Shown here: positions 37,397 to 48,706 of the stretch, piece by piece
Numbering within the stretch: position 1 is the first letter of the stretch
Layout: each line of letters opens with the position of its first letter
Assembly (NCBI GenBank): GCA_964533215.1
Contig: CAZHLJ010000004.1
Span: 191,587-255,586 of the forward strand
DNA length: 64,000 bases
Origin: an uncultured Muribaculaceae bacterium
GTDB lineage: Bacteria > Bacteroidota > Bacteroidia > Bacteroidales > UBA932
Reading direction: 5' to 3'
Program-made: the position numbers and the translations under genes
Notes under the pieces: model-generated
Seen by the model: the letters and a program-made list of their open reading frames with translations, nothing else
The model's database searches: none
What the model was told of the DNA's origin: nothing

Positions 37397-40300
37397 ATGA
37401 AACAAAAAGTCTTTTTAATTATCCAACTGTTCCTCGTTGGTTTTTTGGCTTGCTTGCAACCAACCTATGCTCAACAGGCAAGGCAGACTGCTCAAGGTAC
37501 CCGAACTATTAAAGGAACGGTAGTGGATGAAAACGGAGAACCTTTACCGGGTGTCGCCGTTTCTCAAAAAAAAGTCAGCAAAGGACAAACAGTTCAAGTT
37601 GTCCTTTGTGACATTAACGGTAATTTCTCGCTGAACATTAAAAGTGATGTTAAGCAGATAGAGGCCTCATTAATGGGTTATGAAATTCAGATCGTTACAC
37701 TTACCGACAGCAAAGACTACAAAATTCAGCTGAAACCAAGTGCTGAGTTTCTGGACGAAGTGGTTGTCACAGGTATGTTCACAAGAAAGGCCAATTCATA
37801 TACAGGAGCCGTAGCAACTGTAAAGAAAGATGAATTGTTGAAAATGGGTAACCAGAACCTGGTTCAGAGTCTGAAGAATCTGGATCCTTCTTTCCTCCAG
37901 CTAGACAACCTCTCTATGGGATCTAACCCAAATGCCTTGCCAGAACTGCAAATGAGAGGGCAATCGGCTTTCCCTGACATTAAAGGGGAATATCAGAACA
38001 ATCCTAACCAACCACTGTTTATTCTGGATGGATTTGAAACAGCCCTTACAAAAATCATTGACCTAGACATGAACCTTGTTGAGAGCATCACATTGCTGAA
38101 AGATGCCACAGCAAAGGCAATATATGGATCCAAGGCAGCCAACGGTGTTATAGTCGTTGAGACCAAGAAGCCTGATTCCGGTAAAATGAGAATCAATTAC
38201 AATGGAAGCGCTGTCATTGAAGCTCCGGACCTTAGCAGCTACGACCTCGCCAATGCGACAGAAAAGATTGAGATTGAGAGGCTGGCCGGTATGTTTGATT
38301 CGGACAATGTGGTTACAAGAATTGCCAGACAACAGCGTTACAACTCAATCCTTAAAGAGGTTCTGGCAGGAGTGAACACTGATTGGCTCTCCCAACCTGT
38401 AAGAACCGGAATCGGTCAGAAACATTCGCTCTATCTTGAAGGTGGAGATGACCACATGCTTTATGGAATAGACCTATCTTACAATAAAATCACCGGTGCT
38501 ATGAAAGGGTCTGACAGAAACACTTTTAATGGTGGAATAACACTCTCGTACAGATTGAAGGACTTTGTTTTCCGCAACAAACTCTCCATAACACAGAACT
38601 CAGCAAACGAATCACCTTGGGGAAGTTTCTACAACTATGCCCAAATGAACCCTTACAGCAGAATATACGATGAAAAGGGAAACCTTATAAAAACATATGT
38701 ATATACAGAAATGGATGGAAAGGGTGTTGACTCGACTAACCCTATATGGAACTCAATGATCAACACCAAGAATATCTCTGGTTATACAGATATCACAAAC
38801 AATTTTTACGCTGAATGGTCTGTCACCCCTACCCTTAAATTCACCGGACGTCTGGGAATTTCAAATGTGGCATCCTCTTCAGATAATTTCAAACCGGCCA
38901 GCCACACAGACTTTGCCAGCTACTCAGGAGAAGATATTTATAGAAAAGGTTACTATCTGCAGAGCCACAGCAAGACAAATAATTTTAGTGGAGACTTAGG
39001 CGCAAACTATTCAATCACAAAAGGTAAGAGTATCTTTTTTGTGAACGGACAGCTTAGCATAACCAATTACTCCTACGACTATTCATTCGCAGAGGCAGAG
39101 GGTTTCCCAAATGACAATATGGACCATATTATTTTCGCCACACAATATCTTAAAGATGGCAAACCCGGTGGAAGCGAGAATGTTGCAAGAACAATCGGTG
39201 GGATTCTCTCTGCAAACTACTCTTATGACAATCGTTTCCTTCTGGACGGTAACTACAGGATCACAGGATCTTCTGAGTTTGGAGCAAACAACAGATGGGG
39301 TTCATTCTGGTCAATAGGTGGAGGTTGGAACATCCACGAAGAGTCCTTCCTTAAAGGCAGCGACATCGTTAACAGACTTAAATTAAGGCTTTCAACCGGT
39401 TACACGGGTTCGCAGGGATTCAACACCTATCAGGCTATGGCAACAGTCAAATATTTTACGACAAGTTCTTATAACGGGAACATCGGTTCATACCTTGTAT
39501 GCCTGGCTAATCCAAACCTGCAATGGCAGAAAAAGTTTGATCAGAATATAGGGGCAGACTTGGTATTGTTCAATAACAGGTTGACAGGCAGGTTTGACTA
39601 CTATATTGCCACAACCACCAGCATGCTGACGGATGTGACAGTCCCTCAGTCAACAGGTTTCGGCACATACAGGGAAAATCTTGGAGAATCTGAGAATAAG
39701 GGTTTTGAAGGATACCTTAACTTTAAGGTCTGGGAAGACTCTAAAACAAAGAGTTTCCTTAACGTTTATGGCTCTATTGCCCATAACAAGAACACTATCA
39801 AGAAAATTTCCGAATCATTACAGAAGTACAACTCGGAACAGGATGCGGTAAAGAACGGTAAAGACGATTCAAGCACAAAGACCAAGCAGACAACCCCTTC
39901 TGTAAGATACGAAGAGGGACAGTCATTAAACGCAATCTGGGCAGTTCGCTCATTAGGTATTGACCCTCAAAATGGTAAGGAGATCTTCCTGAAGAAAAAC
40001 GGAGAGGTGACTTACACATATTCTACTTCCGATCAGGTTGTTTGTGGGGATCTTTTACCTAAGTATAATGGCAATTTCGGTATAAGCGGCGAATATCACA
40101 ACATCGGTCTTAACATATCGTTCAACTATCGCTTAGGTGGCCAGATCTATAACCAGACACTGGTTGACAAGGTGGAGAATGCCGATATCAAATACAACGT
40201 AGACCGTCGTATATTCACCGACAGATGGCAGCAGGTTGGAGACTATGCTCTCTATAAGTCAATAAAAGACCTTTCTTACACCAGACCTACATCCCGATTT

Positions 40301-40510
40301 GTAGAGGATTACAATATCCTTTCACTCTCCTCAATCAATATCTCTTATGACTTCCGAGACACTAAACTTGTAAAGAATTCATTCCTTGACAGACTAAAAT
40401 TACAGTTCTATGCCAATGATCTGTTCAATGTCTCATCTGTAAAGATTGAGAGAGGAACCTATTATCCTTTTGCCAGGAATTTTACTTTTTCACTTCAAGC
40501 ATCATTTTAA
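37397..40510 (+). CDS. susC: SusC/RagA TonB-dependent transporter (no STN domain)
   Basis: LKDATAKAIYGSKAANGVIVVETK plug motif, ANPNLQWQ, C-terminal ASF; ATG at 37397. Confidence 0.95.
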   Translation: MKQKVFLIIQLFLVGFLACLQPTYAQQARQTAQGTRTIKGTVVDENGEPLPGVAVSQKKVSKGQTVQVVLCDINGNFSLNIKSDVKQIEASLMGYEIQIVTLTDSKDYKIQLKPSAEFLDEVVVTGMFTRKANSYTGAVATVKKDELLKMGNQNLVQSLKNLDPSFLQLDNLSMGSNPNALPELQMRGQSAFPDIKGEYQNNPNQPLFILDGFETALTKIIDLDMNLVESITLLKDATAKAIYGSKAANGVIVVETKKPDSGKMRINYNGSAVIEAPDLSSYDLANATEKIEIERLAGMFDSDNVVTRIARQQRYNSILKEVLAGVNTDWLSQPVRTGIGQKHSLYLEGGDDHMLYGIDLSYNKITGAMKGSDRNTFNGGITLSYRLKDFVFRNKLSITQNSANESPWGSFYNYAQMNPYSRIYDEKGNLIKTYVYTEMDGKGVDSTNPIWNSMINTKNISGYTDITNNFYAEWSVTPTLKFTGRLGISNVASSSDNFKPASHTDFASYSGEDIYRKGYYLQSHSKTNNFSGDLGANYSITKGKSIFFVNGQLSITNYSYDYSFAEAEGFPNDNMDHIIFATQYLKDGKPGGSENVARTIGGILSANYSYDNRFLLDGNYRITGSSEFGANNRWGSFWSIGGGWNIHEESFLKGSDIVNRLKLRLSTGYTGSQGFNTYQAMATVKYFTTSSYNGNIGSYLVCLANPNLQWQKKFDQNIGADLVLFNNRLTGRFDYYIATTTSMLTDVTVPQSTGFGTYRENLGESENKGFEGYLNFKVWEDSKTKSFLNVYGSIAHNKNTIKKISESLQKYNSEQDAVKNGKDDSSTKTKQTTPSVRYEEGQSLNAIWAVRSLGIDPQNGKEIFLKKNGEVTYTYSTSDQVVCGDLLPKYNGNFGISGEYHNIGLNISFNYRLGGQIYNQTLVDKVENADIKYNVDRRIFTDRWQQVGDYALYKSIKDLSYTRPTSRFVEDYNILSLSSINISYDFRDTKLVKNSFLDRLKLQFYANDLFNVSSVKIERGTYYPFARNFTFSLQASF

Positions 40511-40528
40511 CATTATATAGAAACAAAT

Positions 40529-41980
40529 ATGAAAAAGTTTACAACATATAATACAATAATTTCAGTAGCACTGGTCTCTCTCTCCGCCCTGCTACTAACA
40601 TCCTGCGAAAAGTACCTGGATGTAAGGCCTAAATCGGAGATTCCGGTCGGGCTGCATTTTGACAGGGAGAGCGGATTTCAGGACCAACTGACCGGGGTAT
40701 ATACAAAAATGTGCGGCACCAGTATGTATGGACGGGAAATGACTTTCGGGCTTATGGAAGTACTCTCACAGAACTACGACCTGAACTCCAACTCATTATA
40801 TTTCTATGCTTCGCAGTACAATTATGAAGTGACTACCATAAAGTCAAAAATTGATGACATCTGGTCAAATACATATAATTGCATTGCCAACTTGAATGTA
40901 ATGATTGATTATCTGGACAAGGCAGATCCTAAAATCTTTACTGACAACAACTACAGTGTCTTTAAAGGAGAAGCCATAGGCCTTCGCGCCTTCCTTCATT
41001 TTGACATGCTGCGTATCTTTGCTCCAAGTTTTGCCAGCAACCCTGCTGCTCCTGCAATCCCTTACGTTACAAAGTATGAGCCCAAGATAACACCTCAGAG
41101 CACTGTAAGTGAAGCCTTGGACCTTATCATCTCGGATCTGGAAAAGGCCGTGACACTGCTTAAAAAGGACACTCTCTTCACTGCACAATCTCCCTACTAC
41201 GTGACTTCACGAAGAATGTACTTCAACTATTTTGCTGCTGAGGCAACACTTGCCAGAGCCTATCTTTACAAAGGGGACAAGGTAAACGCTCTTAAATACG
41301 CAAATGAGATAATAACCAACAGCGAACTTACCGCAAACAGTGCCCTCAACTGGACTCACTATACCGCACTTGAAACCACCTATGAGTATGAATGTAACAG
41401 GACATATACAGATGAACAGGTATTCCAGTTAAAGATAAATGACCTTGAAGACATTGTAAAATACTACTTCACCTCTACTGCCGGTAACAATGCTCTCTCC
41501 CCTAGCGACACCAAGGCTGATGTGATATTCGAAAAGAGCAGCAAAGGGTATGGTAATGACTATAGAATGAACCTTTGTTTCAAGTATGATGGCGCCAAAA
41601 AGTATCTTTCCAAATTCTGGCAATATGAAAATGATATTTATAACTACTTTTTCCCAATTATCAGGAAGACCGAAGCTTATTACATTGCTGCAGAAATTCT
41701 TAAAGACTCGAATCCAACCCGGGCAATCGAGCTTCTAAATATCGTAAGGTCTCACCGGAAACTCTCTGCTTATGCTTTGCCAAACACATTGACAGCAAGT
41801 GAAATACAGAACGAGATCTTCAAAGAGTACCGCAAGGAGTTCCTTGCAGAGGGACAACTCTTCTACTACTACAAACGGTTAAACCTGCCTAAAATAGAAG
41901 GAGCCGGTGTAGCTGCAAATGACAATATCTATGTATTGCCTATGCCGGATAACGAAATTGAATTTGGCAAGAGAAATTGA
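40529..41980 (+). CDS. susD: SusD/RagB family nutrient-binding lipoprotein
   Basis: Lipobox LTSC, GEAIGLRAFLHFD, ATLARAYLY, EYRKEFLAEGQ motifs. Confidence 0.93.
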   Translation: MKKFTTYNTIISVALVSLSALLLTSCEKYLDVRPKSEIPVGLHFDRESGFQDQLTGVYTKMCGTSMYGREMTFGLMEVLSQNYDLNSNSLYFYASQYNYEVTTIKSKIDDIWSNTYNCIANLNVMIDYLDKADPKIFTDNNYSVFKGEAIGLRAFLHFDMLRIFAPSFASNPAAPAIPYVTKYEPKITPQSTVSEALDLIISDLEKAVTLLKKDTLFTAQSPYYVTSRRMYFNYFAAEATLARAYLYKGDKVNALKYANEIITNSELTANSALNWTHYTALETTYEYECNRTYTDEQVFQLKINDLEDIVKYYFTSTAGNNALSPSDTKADVIFEKSSKGYGNDYRMNLCFKYDGAKKYLSKFWQYENDIYNYFFPIIRKTEAYYIAAEILKDSNPTRAIELLNIVRSHRKLSAYALPNTLTASEIQNEIFKEYRKEFLAEGQLFYYYKRLNLPKIEGAGVAANDNIYVLPMPDNEIEFGKRN

Positions 41981-42017
41981 TCCGGAGAAATAATTTGACA
42001 TTTATAAATTAGACAAT

Positions 42018-42728
42018 ATGAAAAAATTTTTAATATCTATATTTAGTTTGATTTTGGTTCTCTCTCTCTTCCCGGCTTGTGAAAATGAGGGGTTCTATTA
42101 TCAGGACGAAGCAAGGGTACGCTTAGAGGGACCTTATACCTGGGCTGTTGGAACGGACTCCCTTGAGTTCTCATTCCTGACCTCTCCGGCTTCGGTAAGT
42201 GAAAAACAAATGGATATCACCATTTACGTAATGGGGCCTTCATCAAAAGTTGACAGGAAAGCAAATATAAGTGTTGTAAGCGGTTCTACAACTGCCACAG
42301 CAAATCAGTACACTTGCCCTGCACAGGTTACCATCCCAGCAAATTCATATTCCGCAACATTCCCTGTTGTTTTAAAAAGAACATCCGACCTGCAGAGCAA
42401 AGGGGTACGCCTCTACATAAAAGTTGCAGAATCTTCCGATTTCAAGATAGGTGTCTCAGAAAGGAACCACCTTATATTCAAATGGAATGACATTCTGGCA
42501 ATGCCTAAAAACTGGAGTGACCTTACTGAATTCTTTGGTACATTCAGCCTTGTAAAATACCGTTTTATAATCAATAACACCGGAGTAACAGAATTCAGCA
42601 CAACTACAATGAGCTGGGCTCAGTTGATGAACTACAGGATTATCTTAAAAAATGCTCTCAACGCATATAATGCAGCACATCCGAACGACCCTCTGAAAGA
42701 TGAAAATGGACAAATCATTACATTTTAA
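42018..42728 (+). CDS. DUF4843-like surface lipoprotein
   Basis: Lipobox FPAC; DSLEFSF; FFGTFSLVKYRFI; C-terminal PLKDENG..ITF; position after SusD. Confidence 0.75.
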   Translation: MKKFLISIFSLILVLSLFPACENEGFYYQDEARVRLEGPYTWAVGTDSLEFSFLTSPASVSEKQMDITIYVMGPSSKVDRKANISVVSGSTTATANQYTCPAQVTIPANSYSATFPVVLKRTSDLQSKGVRLYIKVAESSDFKIGVSERNHLIFKWNDILAMPKNWSDLTEFFGTFSLVKYRFIINNTGVTEFSTTTMSWAQLMNYRIILKNALNAYNAAHPNDPLKDENGQIITF

Positions 42729-42740
42729 ATTCTGGAAATT

Positions 42741-44306
42741 ATGAAGAATATCACAAAATATACACTTTTCATTTTGCTGGGAGCAGTTCTCTCTATGCAA
42801 TCATGTACACTGGATAAAGGGAACTACGATTATACCGCAGTTTCCGACATCAAGATTGATACAATAGGCGTTGCAAACAGGACCGTACTGAACCAAGCAG
42901 TAATAGGCACTACGGTAAAATTAAAACCGAATGTTACATATACCAAGGATGCCAGCAAACTTGAGTACTACTGGATTATATATCCTTACTACTATTCACC
43001 CGTACAACAGGGAAATGCCATAGTATACCCGCAGGCTGACACTATTTGCCGTACTCAGGAGCTTAACTGGGTAGTGGATGCAACTGCCGGAATGTATAAT
43101 GTTCAATTTGTAGCCAAAGATCCGGGAAATGGTTTGAAGACATTTTTCTGGCTATATATGAACGTTCCAAGCAAAGGCACCAAATCAGGCATGTATATCC
43201 TTTCTGAGTTCAATGGCAAAACAGATATTGAGTTGTTTGGATCTGCAAGAGCCTTGATCATAGGAGGCAACCATTTTGAACCTAAATACTATAGCTCTCT
43301 CAATGGCGGTCAGATGATGAATGGTAAGCCCCTGTTTATCAGCTTCGGAAAAAGCTATTACTATGCCTTCACTGAACAAGAGGGAAAAAGACTGAATGTT
43401 AATGGTTTACAGCTGATGGACAACTTCAGTGAGATGTTTTACTCTGCCCCTTCATATAATCCACAGGCTGTAATGTATACCAACAACTGTGAGTTCATAA
43501 TCAACAACGGAAAGATGCATGTAATGTACACCAGCAAGGCCAATGACCGTAAGTTTTCAGCAGCTGTCGCCGGTTCATATCAAGCCAGCCCTTTCCTTTC
43601 AGACATGACAAGAACGACATATAGGCCAACTGTAGGTGCAATAAATTCCGATCAGATCATATTTGATGAGCAGTCAAATGCATTCCGACCTTACTTCCCT
43701 CAGGCAACAGAGGTAAGCAGTTTCAAGCAGACTGTACCCGGTGCATTTATAGATGCCAACAACTTGGGTATAAAACCGGTAGCCATACTTAACGGCAATG
43801 GAGGCAAAATATACAGCATAATCCATAAAAACGGACATGACTCTCTATATGTAACTTGTTTCTACAATGTAGTTGACGATGGTGACCTATCAATCGGAGG
43901 TAACTCCCGGATAAGTCTGGATGGTTGTGAAGGTATCGCCAATGCAAAATTCTTTGCATCATCTCAGGCAGGAAGCGCATTCTTCTATGCAACTGACAAG
44001 GCTGTCTATTCCTTCTCCTATACCAGCGGTCAGAAAAAACAGCTGGATATATACAAATGCAGCGCTAACGAAGAGGTCACCTGTCTTTATCAGATGCCAT
44101 CCGGTGGTTTCCCTACAGCAGGATGTGTATTATGGATTGCAATCTGGAACTCATCGACAAATGTCGGTAGCCTACGAGAATATGAAATAGATCCGACATC
44201 AGGTGCAATTAACACATTCTGGACTCCAATGTTTGCACCGGAACTGTCAAATCCATCTATCACCACAGGGTTTGGCAAAATCAAGAGCATGACAATAAAA
44301 GCATAA
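42741..44306 (+). CDS. PKD-like family lipoprotein with probable beta-propeller
   Basis: Lipobox MQSC followed by DKGNYDY; C-terminal GFGKIKSM; typical fourth gene of SusC/D-DUF4843 loci. Confidence 0.75.
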   Translation: MKNITKYTLFILLGAVLSMQSCTLDKGNYDYTAVSDIKIDTIGVANRTVLNQAVIGTTVKLKPNVTYTKDASKLEYYWIIYPYYYSPVQQGNAIVYPQADTICRTQELNWVVDATAGMYNVQFVAKDPGNGLKTFFWLYMNVPSKGTKSGMYILSEFNGKTDIELFGSARALIIGGNHFEPKYYSSLNGGQMMNGKPLFISFGKSYYYAFTEQEGKRLNVNGLQLMDNFSEMFYSAPSYNPQAVMYTNNCEFIINNGKMHVMYTSKANDRKFSAAVAGSYQASPFLSDMTRTTYRPTVGAINSDQIIFDEQSNAFRPYFPQATEVSSFKQTVPGAFIDANNLGIKPVAILNGNGGKIYSIIHKNGHDSLYVTCFYNVVDDGDLSIGGNSRISLDGCEGIANAKFFASSQAGSAFFYATDKAVYSFSYTSGQKKQLDIYKCSANEEVTCLYQMPSGGFPTAGCVLWIAIWNSSTNVGSLREYEIDPTSGAINTFWTPMFAPELSNPSITTGFGKIKSMTIKA

Positions 44307-44317
44307 TTTTAATTGAT

Positions 44318-45499
44318 ATGATTAAAAATTTAAAGTACATATTTTCACTTGTCGCCCTCGTTGCGGTGATTTCATGTAAATCTTCCGGACCAGGCTTCAC
44401 AATAACCGGAGAGATTCAGGGACTAAAGGATGGAACTGTATTGGAATTGAAACCAGGAGCTACTCATAAGAACGAAAAAGGCATTGATACAGCCACAGTT
44501 GAAAACGGCAAGTTCACACTTGAAGGAAAAGACCTAGTGGAACCAAGACTATTCTACATAACAGTCATTGCCGACAATACATACGGATCTCTTTCTGTTA
44601 TGGCAGAGCCTGGCAAAATGAAGCTTACTGCCAAAGCTTCATCAAAGGAACAGGACGGACGTATTATGTATAGTTTTGATGACCTAACCGTTGAAGGCAG
44701 CCCATCTCATCTCATCTATAAAGAGAAAACCGCAGTAAGAGAGCGTCTGAATGATCTTTATGAGGAGTACCATGCAACAGGAAAGGCAATTTGTGATTCG
44801 GTTTTTGCTGCCCGCAAAGCCAACGATCAGAAGTTACTGCAGAATCTTTACAAGTCGGAATCATGGAAAAAATTCGAACAGGATGAGAAAAACTTCTTTA
44901 ACACTGTCGACTCCACTATGAACAAGATGTTTCTTGATAATGCCGACTCTTGGTGGGGTCCTTTCCTTATGATGGACCAGATGAGTTATTTCTCAAAAGA
45001 GCAGAAAGAGATTTGGGAAAAATTTTCTGACGTGGCAAAGAACAGCTACTACGGGCAACTGGTCAACAGTGAATTGTTTCCTGTCGGTTTCAAAGGGAAG
45101 CAGGCTCCTTCATTTACTGTAACTAACGACAAGGGAGAGACAATAACCTCTGCCTCGTTATTCAAGAACAGCAAGTATACGTTGGTGGATTTCTGGGCCT
45201 CATGGTGCAAACCATGCAGGAATGAGATGCCAAACTTCAAGAAGGCTTACGAAATGTTTTCTTCCAAAGGGTTCCAGATTGTGAGCATATCAACAGACAA
45301 GAGTGAACAAGACTGGAAAAAGGCTCTTGACGAGGAGAAACTCTCATGGCCAAATTTTCTTGACAGAAACGACATTGCCGGAACTTATAACATAAAGCTC
45401 ATTCCATCTACATATCTTGTAGATGAAAAAGGTGTTGTTGTAGAGGAGAACCTTCGTGGTGAAGCTCTTTTGAAAAAACTTGCGACTCTTTTTCCATAA
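44318..45499 (+). CDS. TlpA-family thiol-disulfide reductase lipoprotein (DUF4369-like N-terminus)
   Basis: Lipobox VISC; VDFWASWCKPC thioredoxin motif. Confidence 0.9.
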   Translation: MIKNLKYIFSLVALVAVISCKSSGPGFTITGEIQGLKDGTVLELKPGATHKNEKGIDTATVENGKFTLEGKDLVEPRLFYITVIADNTYGSLSVMAEPGKMKLTAKASSKEQDGRIMYSFDDLTVEGSPSHLIYKEKTAVRERLNDLYEEYHATGKAICDSVFAARKANDQKLLQNLYKSESWKKFEQDEKNFFNTVDSTMNKMFLDNADSWWGPFLMMDQMSYFSKEQKEIWEKFSDVAKNSYYGQLVNSELFPVGFKGKQAPSFTVTNDKGETITSASLFKNSKYTLVDFWASWCKPCRNEMPNFKKAYEMFSSKGFQIVSISTDKSEQDWKKALDEEKLSWPNFLDRNDIAGTYNIKLIPSTYLVDEKGVVVEENLRGEALLKKLATLFP

Positions 45500-45526
45500 A
45501 AGGGATCTTAGTTTCTGAGAATTTGT

Positions 45527-45568
45527 CTCCTTGCCGGAGAGTCTATATCCAGCAAGGAGCATTTTCTT
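45527..45568 (+). terminator. Intergenic stem-loop (terminator or processing/stabilising hairpin) between tlpA and dsbD
   Basis: CTCCTTGC ... GCAAGGAG followed by CATTTTCTT. Confidence 0.45.
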
Positions 45569-45599
45569 ATTATGAAAAGACAATAATCTTGAATATCAG

Positions 45600-47564
45600 A
45601 TGAAAAAATATCTAATTCTATCTTTTTCATTTCTCATATTGTGTTTTTCTCTTAGCGCACAAATAAAGGACCCGGTAAAATTCAAAACAACGTTTAGTTC
45701 CACACCTTCTGGAGACGGAGAGTTGGTTTTAACAGGTGTAGCAACCACGGGGTGGCACATATATTCCACAGACCTGCCTTCAAAAGGGCCGACATCTGCA
45801 GCTATTTCATTAGACTCATTGAAAGGTGCTGAGCTTATAGGCAAGCTTACACCCGGGTCGGGCGAGGTGGAGGAGTATGACAATGTATTTGACCTTAAGC
45901 TCCGCTTCTTTGAAAAACGGGCTACTTTTGTCCAGAAGATAAAGATAACTGAGCCTGAAAACTATATAATAAAAGGCTATCTTACATTCGGCGCCTGTAA
46001 TAATGAAAATTGCCTTCCTCCTACTCAGGTGCCATTTACCTTTATAGGCAAAGCCGTGAATCCGGCCGATGTCGGCATTATGCCGGATGCTAAGGGTTCT
46101 GGCACGACAGATCTGGAAAAGGCAGGTTTCGGGAAATACTGGAAGCCGGTGATTGACGACCTATATATGAATGGCGAAGAATCCGTCACAACCGATCATA
46201 CCTGGCTCTACATCTTTGCCATGGGGTTCCTTGGTGGGTTACTTGCTCTTCTGACCCCTTGCGTGTGGCCAATTATACCAATGACTGTCAGTTTTTTTCT
46301 GAAGCGGAACAGCACCCGGAAAAAAGGAATCCGTGAAGCTTGGATCTACGGAGTATCAATAGTAGTGATTTATCTGTCACTAGGGCTTGCAATAACATTC
46401 ATTTTTGGCGCAAGCACTCTTAACGCATTAGCCACCAATGCTTTTTTCAATTTATTGTTTTTCTTCCTTTTGATTCTTTTTGCTCTGTCATTCTTCGGCC
46501 TTTTCGAGATCACACTTCCCGCTCGCTGGAGTACCGCTGTAGACAGCAAAGCAGAGAGGAGTACCGGAATTCTGAGCATTTTCCTTATGGCATTCACTCT
46601 TTCCCTGGTTTCATTCTCCTGCACTGGACCTATAATTGGATTTCTTTTGGTGGAGGTTTCAACAGTTGGAAACATATTAGGTCCTGCAATTGGGATGTTC
46701 GGTTTTGCACTCGCTTTAGCCTTGCCTTTTACCATTTTTGCACTATTCCCATCATGGCTGAATTCTGCTCCTAAATCCGGAGGATGGATGACCTCCTTTA
46801 AAGTCATACTTGGCTTCATAGAGTTTGCTTTTGCCTTCAAATTCCTTTCGGTTGCAGACCTTGCTTACGGATGGGGTATTCTGGACAGAGAGGCGTTCCT
46901 GATGATATGGATACTGCTTGCCTTGTTATTAGGTCTATATCTTCTTGGCATTATCCGAATGAAGAACGAAGTCAAACGAACAAAAATTTCGGTGATACGC
47001 AAAATTATGGGTATCGTTTCATTCGTATTTGCCGCATACATGATTCCCGGCTTGTGGGGAGCTCCATGCACCTTAGTCAGCGCATTTGCACCACCTATGT
47101 ATACTCAGACATGGAACATTTACCATAATGACGTACATGCAAAATTCGAAGATTACGACAAAGGGATGGAGTATGCCGCCACTGTAGGAAAACCTGTAAT
47201 GCTGGATTTTACCGGTTATGGCTGTGTAAACTGCAGAAAAATGGAATCTGCCGTGTGGACCGATCCTAAAGTGAGCAAAATCATTAATGAGGATTACATT
47301 TTAATCGCTTTGTTTGTAGATAATAAGACACCATTGGATAAACAGATTTCAATCTACGAGAACGGAATTGAGAGAAAACTTCGTACATTAGGTGACAAAT
47401 GGAGTTTTCTGCAAAGGATTAAGTTTGGGGCCAACGCTCAGCCATTCTATGTACTTGTAGACAATAATGGTTATCTGCTGACAAAACCAAGAGCATACGA
47501 CCAGAATGTTGATGCCTATATCAAATTCCTGCAGGATGGGTTAGACAGTTATAATAAACCATAA
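45600..47564 (+). CDS. dsbD: Thiol:disulfide interchange protein DsbD
   Basis: Alpha-domain CNNENC, TM cysteines TPC and SCTGP, PKSGGWM, thioredoxin domain GCVNC. Confidence 0.92.
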   Translation: MKKYLILSFSFLILCFSLSAQIKDPVKFKTTFSSTPSGDGELVLTGVATTGWHIYSTDLPSKGPTSAAISLDSLKGAELIGKLTPGSGEVEEYDNVFDLKLRFFEKRATFVQKIKITEPENYIIKGYLTFGACNNENCLPPTQVPFTFIGKAVNPADVGIMPDAKGSGTTDLEKAGFGKYWKPVIDDLYMNGEESVTTDHTWLYIFAMGFLGGLLALLTPCVWPIIPMTVSFFLKRNSTRKKGIREAWIYGVSIVVIYLSLGLAITFIFGASTLNALATNAFFNLLFFFLLILFALSFFGLFEITLPARWSTAVDSKAERSTGILSIFLMAFTLSLVSFSCTGPIIGFLLVEVSTVGNILGPAIGMFGFALALALPFTIFALFPSWLNSAPKSGGWMTSFKVILGFIEFAFAFKFLSVADLAYGWGILDREAFLMIWILLALLLGLYLLGIIRMKNEVKRTKISVIRKIMGIVSFVFAAYMIPGLWGAPCTLVSAFAPPMYTQTWNIYHNDVHAKFEDYDKGMEYAATVGKPVMLDFTGYGCVNCRKMESAVWTDPKVSKIINEDYILIALFVDNKTPLDKQISIYENGIERKLRTLGDKWSFLQRIKFGANAQPFYVLVDNNGYLLTKPRAYDQNVDAYIKFLQDGLDSYNKP

Positions 47565-47572
47565 TATATTTG

Positions 47573-48706
47573 ATGAAAAATCCGGTTTTGTGTTTATTCC
47601 TTCTTTCTCTCTTTGGATGTACATCCAGAGACAGTTTTGTATTGAAAGGCTATATTTCAAACAATAAAGCACCTGTAGATTCCGGCACAATCTACCTCTT
47701 TAACGGAGATATGTCCTATGCAGATACAACCAAAATCATCAACGGAAAATTCACTTTTTCAGGAAAAGTAGCAACTCCAGATCTATACTACATAATGGTA
47801 GAAGGTTCTCGTGCTTTTGCACAGATATTTCTGGAAAACGACAGATTCAGCCTGGAAGCCTCCCTGGACCGTAACATGAAAGACATCAAGATAGAAGGTG
47901 GTGAAAATCAGGCGTTGTTTTCCAAAGAGGCTGAAAAGGAGATGGAAATCGGGGTGAAATACAAATTCGACGCACTGAATGCTGAATATCAAAATCCAGA
48001 AACTCCTCAAAAGAGGAAGGATGAGATTCTTGACATCTTCAACAAAATTAAAGCTGAGGTAAAGGAATATCGATTCAAACTTATGGATGAATATCCTTCT
48101 TCCTATTTTACACTTAAGAATATCCTTGGAAGTGTTGACCAACTTTCATTTGAAGAGGCATCGAGACGGCTCGCCATTTTCCAGTCAGATCCCCGCTATA
48201 CCGAAAATGAAGATGTAAAGGCAATTCTCAAAGCGATAGAACAGATGAAGCTTATTCAGCCGGGAATGAAAGCCCCGGATTTTTCAATCCCTGACAGAGA
48301 AGGAAAAATCACTAAATTTTCCGATGTCTACAAAGCCAACACAATAACCCTGCTAGATTTCTGGGCAAGCTGGTGTGCACCTTGCAGGAAAGCACATCCC
48401 TACATAAAGGATATATATGCAAAATATCATAGCAAAGGACTGGAGATATTCGCTGTATCTTTCGACAGTTCTCGCGACAAGTGGATTGAGGCAATAGAAG
48501 AGGATGGATTGCCATGGCTGCACTTTTCCGACGTAAGACATTGGAATTCAGTTTCACGCGACCTTTATCTTGTCACCTATGTCCCACAGTATGTACTGGT
48601 AGACTCAAAAGGAATAATTCTAAAACGTAAGATAAGTGAGTCAGAGATAGCCCAGTACCTGGAATCAAATATCAAACTTGAACATCATACGAACTCCAGT
48701 CTTTGA
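47573..48706 (+). CDS. TlpA-family thiol-disulfide reductase lipoprotein (DUF4369-like N-terminus)
   Basis: Lipobox LFGC; LDFWASWCAPC motif. Confidence 0.9.
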   Translation: MKNPVLCLFLLSLFGCTSRDSFVLKGYISNNKAPVDSGTIYLFNGDMSYADTTKIINGKFTFSGKVATPDLYYIMVEGSRAFAQIFLENDRFSLEASLDRNMKDIKIEGGENQALFSKEAEKEMEIGVKYKFDALNAEYQNPETPQKRKDEILDIFNKIKAEVKEYRFKLMDEYPSSYFTLKNILGSVDQLSFEEASRRLAIFQSDPRYTENEDVKAILKAIEQMKLIQPGMKAPDFSIPDREGKITKFSDVYKANTITLLDFWASWCAPCRKAHPYIKDIYAKYHSKGLEIFAVSFDSSRDKWIEAIEEDGLPWLHFSDVRHWNSVSRDLYLVTYVPQYVLVDSKGIILKRKISESEIAQYLESNIKLEHHTNSSL

